A DNA stretch of 64,000 nt from Phoronis australis (Eukaryota > Animalia > Phoronida), in contig NMRA01000075.1 of the NCBI GenBank assembly GCA_002633005.1, positions 263,863 to 327,862 of the forward strand, written 5' to 3'. Within the stretch, counting starts at the first letter, position 1; every line of letters begins with the position of its first letter. The notes beneath the pieces are model-generated. The model made no database searches. It was not told the origin of the DNA and saw only the letters and a list, made by a program, of their open reading frames with translations. Made by a program: the position numbers and the translations under genes. This document shows, piece by piece, positions 42,901 through 54,900 of this stretch.

Positions 42901-45900
42901 GGAAAATCATGTTTCTTTCAGTAATAACATACAACAATAGTTTGCTGGACATGCAAGCCAAGGTCAGTGAAATCATCAACTCCAAATCAGACTCTTTACG
43001 AGCCACCATAGACGCAAAGTATGCAGTGCTTCAGGAGAAGCTGGCAAGAGCGAAACAGCTCGCTGAGAAACTAGAGCAACCTGTCAGTTTCCGTGGAAAC
43101 AAATCTGTGACTATCTCTAATGAAGTGCTGGTTTCGTCTTTTAATGATGTCTCTCTTGAGTTCCGCGCTGCGGTGAACTCAACGGGACTACTTTTCTTCG
43201 CGCAAGGAACGAGTTCCGTTTCCGAGTTCACTGTACAGCTGAATGATGGCAAGGTGGAGTTTGTGTTCAACACTGGAAATGGAGCGACTCAAATTAAGAG
43301 CCAGGCCAATATCTGTGATGAATGCTGGTTCAGAGTCAGTGCCAGTCGGTAGGTTAAGATAACAAGGATTACACTTGTGGTGTCTTGTCAGGAATAAACT
43401 TTTGATAGGTGTCACTTACAATTATAAAGTTTCTCATTTTGTTCCTTGTATGTACTGTAAAGGACATCAAGGCTTGAGAAGAATTGATGAAATTGACTAT
43501 TGTGTCAGTCCAGCGGTGTCACTGTCAGCAGCGTGTCCAGCGGTGTGACTGTCAGCAGTGTGTCCAAACATGGCTAATTTTGAAACATTGTATCTTAGAA
43601 ATGGCTCGTTGAGTTCAAATTAAACTTTCAAATACTTTCTTTTATACTTTGTTCTCCTAAGTGCTGTTAGGAATTGCTTATAAAATTATCATTTTTTTCA
43701 AGAGGGTCTATCGAAAAAGAGGACTTTTCTGATTTTTCTGAAAAAAATCAGAAGTTGGAGAAAATGAAATGATAACTACAAATCTGTAACAGTGATTTTT
43801 AAGATTTCATCTTGAATGAATTAGTTAACATGTTATTGATGCCGTTGCTATGAAATTACACCTCTTTTTTGAATTTAATGAAAAAATGCTGTCACAACCC
43901 AATTAATGGCAGATTTGTATATTAAATGAAAAGTGAAATTCTAATCTGCAGTCTTCCTTCGTTAATAAATACATACCTTTACCAAGTGAAATGTTTTGTA
44001 TATATTTGGCTGAAAGTGCAGAATTGCCGACAAGGTCCCACATAATCTTAACACCAGAGCGAGGCTTAAGGCAGCGGAATTAGAGTTGAACCTTTTGAAT
44101 TTCTGAATAGAGTGTTAAAATGGCTCTGTCATTTTGTGAGGAATTTTGTAAGTCTTCATGATATATTTTGGCCATCCTCAAAAGGGATGTAAGTTGTCCT
44201 TCATTATTTTGAAGTTGTGTTTCATTTTTTAAATTAAAGTAATTAAACAAGTGACTAATTATTTATGATGGATGTAGGTACCTGACTTTTGTCACCAACT
44301 CAAACACTGGAACTTGTAATTACAATAATCACTACACTGTAATCCTTCCATTCCATCCTGTTCCTCTCTGTTTACAGATACTTCAACAAAGGTTTGCTGG
44401 TTGTCACTAAGTTGGCCACAGATGGAAGTGCGAGCGACTATGCTGAAGGTCCTAGTACTGATCGCAACATGTCCCTGGATGGACAGTATTACCTGGCTGG
44501 CATACCTCAGGATGTTCCTGTGTCGGTAAGAAGTCGGTTGGTTTTGACCATGTTTGTGGTAGAGCTCTTTACATGAATTAGCTGCTGTTTACTCATTCTA
44601 ATGAATTGTAAGACACGTGACCTCCAATTACCTTTTGTAATCATCAGTCAACAAATTTGCTTATTCTTACATGTGGCTATCAACCTGCCTGCTTTTGATT
44701 TGGAACACTTACCGTTATGATTTTGATCTTAAATTGTACTTAATCTGAACAAATTGGAAGTGATTTCAGCGCTTCAAACAAACCAACTGTCCGTAAATTT
44801 CTTCAGACCCAGCTCGTAAAATTTCAGATCAAGTCTGAAAAAATATGTCGAGAAATCCCGCCGGTTCTTTCCAAGCCCAGACATCACTTTTAAATTGAGT
44901 AAGAAACAAGATAGGACCAGTTTTTTGACATGAAGTGACCTAAATCAAAGTGTAATTTTTTTTGACAGCATTGAGTTTAATGCCGCTTCACATGCCTTTG
45001 CAGACTGAGATGTTTTGATTCGCGATTTTTCTTTGTTACATTTTGCTTTCTTGTGAAACTCTGCAATGAGGTCAAGTGTTTGATCGTTGTTTTTAGAGTG
45101 GCAAGTTGGCTACCATGCAGAAGTTCACTGGCTGCCTTCATAATGTGAAATACAACAGTCGTCCAGTCAACCTGTGGCGGCGAATGAAACTTGAAGGTTA
45201 CACATCTTGCTGTGCCAAGCCAACAGAGTCCGTGGAAACAAAGCTTCCTGGTGCCTCATTTAATGGTTTTGGCTACTTACGGCTAGCACAAGAATCATTC
45301 GACATTAGCTTGTTTTCGCATGCCTCTGTCGAATTTAGGACATTTTCGCCTGATGCAGCTTTATTGGTGCTTGGCAAAGACAGTGTGGATGAAAAGTATG
45401 GTGTGATTTTGGAAGGAGGCCGTGTTGTTTTTCAATATGGCCGTGAAGGAGCCATGTTTGAATTGAAAAGTAGCAAGGCTTACAACGATGGACAGTGGCA
45501 CAAGGTTTGTTTTCATGTCTGATCTGAATGATTATGCAATAAATTTTCAATTTATGGAATTAGCTGCTTCACCTTCAGTGTGAAAATGAACATTATTTCA
45601 CAGTGATTTAAAAAGTTTTACCTCATTTATTTTACACAATGTTAGGCAATGAATTCTTTCAACTGACCTATTTATAGTTGGGGTTATAATCCAATTCAAA
45701 AATTGTTGCTGGCAGAACATGTTAAAAAACAAAATGAAGATCCTCTGAAGATAAAGCATTTTTAATTTACCTGCAAGCTCAGAATAAACCTTAGGACAAC
45801 ACTGAATGTGATTTACAGCTTAAAGTTTCTTTGCCGGAATAGTTTAGCGACGTGAGTTGACGACCACCATGTTTCATGTTATCAATAACTTTCTTACAAA

Positions 45901-48900
45901 TGTTATCATTGGAAGATGTTATGACGATTTGATCCATGTTATTTCGTTGACTGTTATTTAGCTTGTCGTGGCCCACAACACAACTTTCATGGAGCTGTCT
46001 GTGCATGACATCATGAACAACAGTCAGACGACAGTCAGTGAGACAAAGGCGACCTCTACTGGATCAGTGCAGATGTTTGACCTAAGTTCAGGAGCACTGC
46101 TCTATCTGGGTGGAAGTCCACCAAGCTTGTAAGTCATGGGAGGTGCTGGTGTGTTCTATCTACGCTCATGTGCCACACAGGCTTATATACATGTACATAA
46201 GAAAGCTCAGCAAATTTGTATTTGCAACAATGAATATGGCTTTAAGTTTTGGAGGCTTTGCTTAAAAGGAAGATAATCTGTTTTGGGATTATTGGCTACT
46301 AATCTAAATAAGAAATCTGTTGTGTCTTGTGATTTGATTGCAAATCGCCAGTTTTTGCCATTGTCTATCAACCATCTGCTGAATTCAAGTCTGTTGAGTT
46401 TTGCCAAATTATTCTCTGCCATTTATGGAGATCTAGTCTTTGGCTTGGCCATAAAATAATTGCACTGCGGCTACTGAGGTTGTGAATTTGATTCTGCGTT
46501 AGGGGTGATCTCAGAAAACCATTTTTATCTCCTTTGTCACTTTAAAACGGTTACCACTCACCAAGGAAAGCATGGAAAATGACAAAAGATAATCATTTCA
46601 GGTAAAACTCATGAAAAATGATAAAGTCATAAAAAACTCATGGCAGTATAAAATCTCCAGTGAACATCTTGTTTTTTTTGTTCATTGCATTCAGTTGAAT
46701 GTGTGAAATTTTTTACTTTTTGACGTTATCACTGTAAGGAAAGCTACATAAACAGAACCCTGTGAATTATGTCATTAGATTAAGATGAACTGGTTTGTGT
46801 TCTTGCTTGAGGTAAATTGAATGCAGCGCAGCTTAGAACTTAGTACTCATCATTCACAACGGTTGTGTGTTATCTTACTTCCAGTGCTAAATGGAACAAC
46901 ACCAAGTCCTTGGCTGGTTGTGTCCGTAGGCTCAAGTTAAGTACGATCGTACCAACATTATCAGATAGGCAGCTGACTGCAGCAAATGCTGTCAGCCAAT
47001 CAGAAGTCAGTTTTGATGGTTGTTATGTAGAGGTGAGTACAGGCACTTCCTACAGTATTGAAACCGAAGCATTTAATAACTGCAACCAAAAAGCACAATT
47101 TCTGAAGTATTTTTGATGGTTTACTAAGTAAACATAACCCCGTTATTGTCACCTGTGGGTTTCATTCTTTGTGGTATTTTTGCCAGAGTTGCTGTTAGTA
47201 TTTGTCAAAGTGGTTGATTGTGTGGTTGAATTTGTTCAGGCATTCGGATATTCTGTCGGCTTGTAAATTAGGGCATTATTCTTTGTGCAACTTAGCATTT
47301 CACCCGTGTGTCTTTTACGTGACCTATTTTTGTTAGGCACAATTTTCTCTAGTCCTCCATATGCATGTCACTAATAAAGAAGTTTTTAGTGTTTGTATTA
47401 TTCAGAGCTTGATGTGAACCATGTTTCAAATGCTATCATTTTGAAATTGCTTACAGGTGGTCAAAGGTCTCAATGTTCAAACTTACAACTCTTATGCAAG
47501 TTACAATGTTGGCCGCACGCTAAGAAATTTCAGGACACTCGAGTTGCAATTGGCTACTCAGCAGAGTTCAGGGGTCGTGTTCTATATGGCTTCCAGCCAA
47601 TCTTGGCAGAGTGTAAGTGATGCATTATTTTATTCTTGACCACTCTACTCTTTTCTGTATTATATGCTTTGGTTTTCCAGTCAAATGTTTAAAATTGCCG
47701 CTAATTATTGTGGCTGTCTCATATAACGTGAATGTATTGAATAGATTCCTGAGTGTTTATTCCATTTACTGAGATTTTGATTCAAAACTAATTGAAATTG
47801 CTGTGAAAAAAATACTTCTCCAATGTGAAATTTGGCATGGCCTATGTCTGGAAAAGATGGGAGTTGGTCCTGGCTGATGACCAGTTTATGATTTTTCCGA
47901 ATACTTGCAGAAGGCGCTCATCTTGTCTCTCTTCAACGGGAACCTCCTTCTGTTGTTCTACGATGAGAACGGTGACCTGAAGGACGTTCTTACGTCCTAT
48001 GACCTCAGTTTGGCAGACGGCCGATTGCACTACATTACCACAGATTTCACGTCATCAAGGTTTGCCAGCTTTGCTTGGTTTTAAGGCACTACAAAGCTTA
48101 TCTTGTGTTGTATTTGAAGGGTTTTGGCTTTATGCTAATTCTTTGCATTCTCATCCATTGGACTGCTGTTCATTTTGGAATGTCGAATATGGGAGTAACT
48201 GTAACTTGTTTTATTTAATAAAAAGAAAATGTTTTGTTATGGCAGCATTGAGTGTGATAAAAAGTATGTTGTCTTGGTGACGTAAACTTTTGATGTTTTC
48301 TTTTATCACCATGGCTGAGACGCAGAATTATGACTTTTGATTTTAGTATTAAATTGCATTTGACTTTCTTAGGCTGTCGAGTTTTATTCCTTGTTGTTAT
48401 TAAGTTGTAAGCATGAGAATAGTATGTCATGTTCTTTTCTAGCCCGCAGCTGATTGTAGATGGTAGAACATTCATCTCAAGCCGAGCCTTCACTACGGGT
48501 CTACACATTCTGGACGACCCGAGTCACGTGTACCTTGGAGGTCTGCCGCATGGATTTGTCACGGATCATCTGCTACCCACAATGCATTCGCTTGTGAGTG
48601 GCATTCAAAATGTCCGCCTGAACGGAAAGTAAGTTGTGGATTCATTTCAACGCTTTTTAATGTTGGAGATTGTGTAAAAATAAGGATCACTGCATGTAGG
48701 TTAAGGTCAGTGTTGCCCATTGCACAAAGATTGTAAACCAGATTATGGACTATCTAGATGACAAGCATGTTCTTTTGGTGCACAGCTGATATTGTCCTCT
48801 ACATTGGTCAAAATTGTTACATTGAGTTCGGTCCAAAGTCTTGATGTCAGGTTAGGGATGTGGTCTGCTGAGCACGTTTGGCAGATTTTTGGTGAGATAT

Positions 48901-51900
48901 CACCACTTGTTACGATGATACAAGCAGAGCATGTGCTTGTAGTTGTGAGTATTGCATGCTGCAGAACGGATCCCAGGTTTGTACCAAGTCTATAATCATT
49001 ACTCATAGTGGTATGAGTGGTCTGTTTTACGATTTGACTTTCGATATTACTGAAAATGTTAGATGGTTCTTATGCAAATGTTACAAACAGTCCTTACATG
49101 GTCTTAGTAAGGCTGCAGACTGCAGCATCTAGACCCAGTTACACCAGCTTACATCAAATTGTAATAAATCTCACGAGTGCTGAATCCGATTGCAACCAGA
49201 GAAGTCCCTGTGGTTAATCATGTAAAATTGAATCTCTTACATGTCAAAATAGAGGCTGGTATTTTAAAGTAACGTTCAAGGCGGCACAAGTGCTGAAAGA
49301 TCCCCTCTTCATTTTTGCATTGATTTGATTCTCTTCCAGCCCACTAGATGTCACAAATGTTCAGCTCTTCACTAGCCATAGACACGTGTCCTTGACCTTT
49401 GGCGTGCCCAAAGACGGTGTACCACCTCTTCCCTATTCTACAACGACTCCCGTTATCACGACACCTGCGCCTACCTGTTCCCCAGTTACGGCTAATCCCC
49501 AGCCCATCCGAAATGCGGTCAGATTTGGTGACATGGCTGACAGCTATATTTTGTATGACTTAGCCAAGATGAAATGGTTGACTCATCTCAATGCAAGGTA
49601 CATGCTGTTATTTTTTTCTTAATGACATACTTGGCCATTTATGCCCATGGACCTGTGTGTGGCTCCGCCTGTATCGGAATTTTGGTTCATGAAACAAAAA
49701 ATGCAAATTAAACCGTTGTAGTTAAACATGGGTGTAAGTTTAAATCTATTGGTGATGGTTGATACCTAACTTGAATGAAAACACAGGTCATGTAAATTTT
49801 GTTCCTACAATATGTTAGAAGCATCTCACTGACCACATTCATGTCATATATTGCCAAAGTTATGAGTAGCTAGGCTTATTGCATGATTTTCGTCTACGTC
49901 ACCATGAGAATTCTCGATCAAGCATAGCAAACATTGTTTTGTTTAATATTACTCTCATCTGGTACCAGCAACTTATACATAGAATTTCTACCACAGCACA
50001 AGCGAGCATTCGCAACTACTGCCATTGGCTAATTTTTCTCACTTTGCTGCTTTCTCAAGGTCAGACTGAATATGGTACAAAAATTCACTTATCATTTGGC
50101 ATGCACGAGTTTGTTTAAATATTTTTTCTTGTGTTGCTAAAACATTGCCAGGACTTTCAGTATAGTCCCAATGCATCTAGAGTAAATAAAACATCCATTC
50201 GAGGAAGGTTTTAAGTTATTAGAGAAGATGGCCGTAAAATTATCCCGTTTAAACTATTCATGGCTAGAAGACACAGTCACGTGTCTGCACCTGTATTAGT
50301 GAACCTTAGGCTCATGTGCTTTTGTGTGGAACATATGAGTGAGATGGTTTTTTGAAAAAAATCTTTGAAATATAGGCATGTGTCTGAAAGTGTGCACTTA
50401 CACATAGTATCAGTTGTAGAATAACTTTCATTGGTTGTTGAAACCTTAATATTTTTGTACAAAATTGAAATCCATGTCCATAAGCATGGACCTGCTTGCA
50501 ACAGTTGATCAATATTAAGAAAAATTAACTGGTGTGTCGAAAATTAATGATTCACGGTGGACTGTAAGTAATATCAATTCTTTTCTGCTGTTTTCACCAC
50601 TCTGGTTTTAGTTGGAAAAAACAATCGTTTAGTCATTCTATCTTGTCACTTTTTAGTGGGCTGTGGGAATTTGTGTCAAGACGGATCTGAAAATTATTTC
50701 ATTTAACAGTGAGAGTACATGCCAGAAGTACAGTTTGGGCCCATGGGTGTGCACCTGTTGTCACCTGTCGTGTCTGTTTTACACAATTCCTTCTTGTGAA
50801 TCCATTAGTCAAAACACTTTATTACTACCATTAACAATGGCAGTTCACTTGGCATGTGCACTGCTTACGTGATGAGGAATTTCAGGTCGTTGTTTGGTTA
50901 CGTTTTGCGTGCACTGTATTTAGCTCATAAAATACTATAATTTCTTCTGCTTTCAGTTTTGTGCTGAACTTAGACTTTAAGGCGTACGCTTCTGAGGGGA
51001 CTGTGCTTACCATGGTGAATGCTGATCTGAACCCAGAGAACTATCTTAAGGTCTTCCTGTCTGGCGGGTATCTTGTCGTGCGCATGATGACATCACTGCG
51101 CGTCGAATATGAGCTCCTGTCCACAGGTCGAGTGGACACAGGGGAGGTTATCCAGGTATGTAATGGGGTGTTTGTTAACGATTTGGTGCACGTGCACTGT
51201 GGGAAGTTCTCTGTAGCAGGAAAATTTTCTTGGTCATTAGGTTTCGGGCATTGAATAGTCTATTTATTTTTCTGAATCTAAGTAAAAAGCGTTGTGTAAT
51301 TCTTATTTGAACGTGCAGAATCTATCCCTGTTTGGGTCATGCGACCATGTCTGTTTGGTAAAATTTAACAAAAACAAAGGTGTGCTCACTGAAATCCTGT
51401 TGCAGTTTTCTTATGGAATTTCATTATCTTCTGGTTTTTGCTTAATTAAACTGAAGAATTTTTCCATAAATACCATCAAAGTATCAATTTTCGATGGCAC
51501 GTCTTCCAAACGTTAGCTTGCTTGCAAATTGGTCTTGAGATCTTCTTCACTCAGTTTGAAACGTGGCTTTGGTACACAGTTAGCCGGTCTTAACACTCCA
51601 CAATTTGTGCGAAATAATTAAATTTCACTTGAGCAAAAATTCCTGAGAACATACTTGTAACTGTTAGTTTCTGAGATTGTTTCTATAAATTATTTTTATA
51701 ATTATTTATCTAGACTTTTATTCACCAATTGTGAAGTGGGAACGTAAGACGAAATTTCTGTCTTAAGTCATCTTTCATGAAATGTTCCCCAGTGGCCAGA
51801 AAACACATATTGTCCTTTCTTATACTGTTTGTGTCGCGTTACGAAGCCAATTTTTGGCTTTGATACAAATTGAGAGTGAACTTTACGTTGAATTCTCAGT

Positions 51901-54900
51901 ATTTTTGAAAATTATATGAGGGATCTTTTCATGCAATACCTCTCTAAATGAAAGGACTAATTCCTAATTATTTTAATTGAATTAAGAGCTGGGTTTTATT
52001 GATATTATATGAAATGTCATTAGTTGAAGAGTAGCTCATAATAAAGATAAAATTAATAATAGAAAAAATTACATCTGTGAGTAAAGAACAAGCAAATATG
52101 CTAAAGACTTCGAAAAGTCAGTTGAGTCCCTGTTTGGGATTGTTTCATGCAACCGGCCACTGGGGTCTGTTTGTGCTTTGAACAGGTTTTCATGTAATGA
52201 CGAACTGTTGGTTCTTCCCAAGCCATGAGGTCACTTTTAATCATTGTAGGGAACATGTTGTGACCACTTTTATAGCGGCAAGTAGCCTGAAAAAAAGTAT
52301 TGGCAAGTTCATAGCATTTGATTTTCTATCTCGTCTGTTTAATTCTTAATATATGTCATAATTCTACTCATGTTTTGCATGATGTCTTGTTCTAGGCCAA
52401 AGTTCTTCGTATCCACGATTTCTTAGCGCTGTACATGCCCTCTGGTTACTCTAGCAATCTGAAGTCATCAGGCCCAAAGTCGTATTTTACGGCCAACAAG
52501 CTTTATCTGGGAGGAACTGTAAGTATGCACGTCATCAATAGAAGCTTGTAATGGCCATCACCAGAAGTTTCATTGCAGTTGCTTTAGATATCGGCTGTGG
52601 TAGAATTTGCTTAAAATTCTTTCCTGCTCTTGATTCACATTGAATGGATGGAAAGCCAGTCTCCCAATGGTAGATTTGTCCCAGGGTCTCGGGACCTTGT
52701 GTTGCAATTTTATTCTCACGTTTAGCTAATTCAGTACACCTGCTATACAGTGAACTGTGGATGGTCTCCATTGGTGGTCTGGATTTAGCAGCTTGACATC
52801 TTTATAACTCTCTAGTTTAATTTTGACTGGATTTTGATTTGGATTGCTCCATACCTGTTTGTTTGTGTATCATAGTTCAAACAAAAAGTCTCCAACAATT
52901 TTGTGTTTAAAGCAAAAAATGCACTTATAAACGACTTTGTGACTTTCAAGCCTTTTCAAGGTTTTTCAGGCATCATAGATTGAGAAAATTTTAATATTTC
53001 TGTGGGTTAAGAATGGACACATTTAAAACTAAGGCTATTTGAAAAAACGTGGAAGGTTGTCGTGAAGGTTGGATTTTGTTTTCTCATTTTTCACACAAAC
53101 AACATAATTAGCTCCAGAGCGGAGTTGCTGTCTGACAGTGCTTTGAAAATTTATTGGCATTCACAGCTGTTGTTGGGATCTTATGACAAGATAAGAAAGA
53201 GATGGTGAGGCATTTTTTTTTGTTCAGAAATAATGAGATTTTACCCGGCTGAGAGTTCTATGTTGGAAGTAAATTAAATTTAAAAAAACACAAGGAGTCG
53301 CGATATTTCAAAGGTTAGCAGCCACTTTGGCATTATGCTTACATCCCCATAGTCATATCCCCAATCTGCACATTGGGCATAACCTTATTAATCAGGTATG
53401 AGATCGCATAACCATAACAAATAAAATGTCTTATATGGTGAAAGTTTTTATTCATGAAAATCGAAACTTTTTGGCTCTCTTTCTTTCTAGGCATCGCCTT
53501 CTACGTCATTCCATGGGTGTATTCTCTCGGTGCTCTTCAACACAAATATTACTGACTTGAGTTTGCCATTAGAGTAAGTGTCTTGAGTGTTGATATTAAT
53601 ATAGTACATGAGCTGGGCATGGCCTGTCATGTAACCAGTTTTTCATCTTAAACGTGATAAGGGTATGGAGTGGTAAGCATTATAATCGACCTAAGCACGG
53701 CTTTCTAAAAAAATTTTAAAATAACAAATTATAGCACTGCTGTACAATTTTCATAAAAGCAAACCTTCATAATCTTGTCCCAAACCTCTCTCGTAGTTTG
53801 AAGCAAACAATTCCCAGTGCTGAGAGGAATTCTCACTATGACTTGATTGATTTCCAGGGGATTCTTGGCAGTTACTATGTTTATTCAGTATTGAAATTGC
53901 TCCCTTTCAGGTCACCTGAACCTGTACGCACTGGTGTTGCTAGTTGCTACAGTAACATAAGGAATGGCTTGAAGTTTGATGGTTCTGCGTATGCATTGCA
54001 ACGTAAGTCCCTACTTGTTCATACTAATATAGCAGAGTTCAAATTTTTCATGATTCCTTTTCTGCAACAGTGGCACAGTTTTATTTTGACGGGTGCAAAA
54101 TTTGTGATGCACCCATCCCTCTGGGACAAAGTTGTTTGTAGTGATAAAAATAAGTTGCAGACTATTCAGACAGGGTTTAAAATTATCATTCTTCAAAATG
54201 CTGTATTTCTCCATTCATGTCATTTGAAGATTAGAGAATCTTGTCAGAATGAAAGGTCATGCAAAATTACGTGAGTGAAGGGCTTTTCATTTGTGTTTTG
54301 GGGGCCTTAGTGTTGTTATATGCAATCTGGTGGCCACTGAAGTGGTTGGTCGGTGAGGTCGGCAGTTTGAAACATGGGACGGAATTAACTGGTTCCATTT
54401 CATAAGCAAAGATTTTTTCCTCATGTGCAGCACTTGTGTTGTCCAATCATTTCTCAGATTTAATAGCTCAAGCCATGGAAAATGTGAAACACGTGCAAAA
54501 CTTCTGAAAAATGAGTGTTCAATTAATGTGTGAAGCATGTTCACCAAACATTGCTTTTACGTTCTTCAGGTTCCAAGTTTGTCATAAACTCCACCAACCT
54601 CAAGATTGACATGACTTTTACCTCTTATAATGACTCCGCCAACCTGCTGACTATATACAGTTCAATGACATCCTTCTTCGTCATCGACCTCTTGAAGGGA
54701 CAGGTAAGTTTGTCACAGAATTTCGGGTGTCACTTTTAATAGTTTGAAGGGAATGTTGTTCCAGATGGGTTGTGGGTAATTGCCCTTGAGTGTTGATGGA
54801 ATTTGCAGTCACGGAAAGATTTCTCTGAATTTCTCATTCTGTAGGTAAATGCAAGAGGAACCATGAAAGGGATTTGAGAAATGCGCATATGTACATTAGG

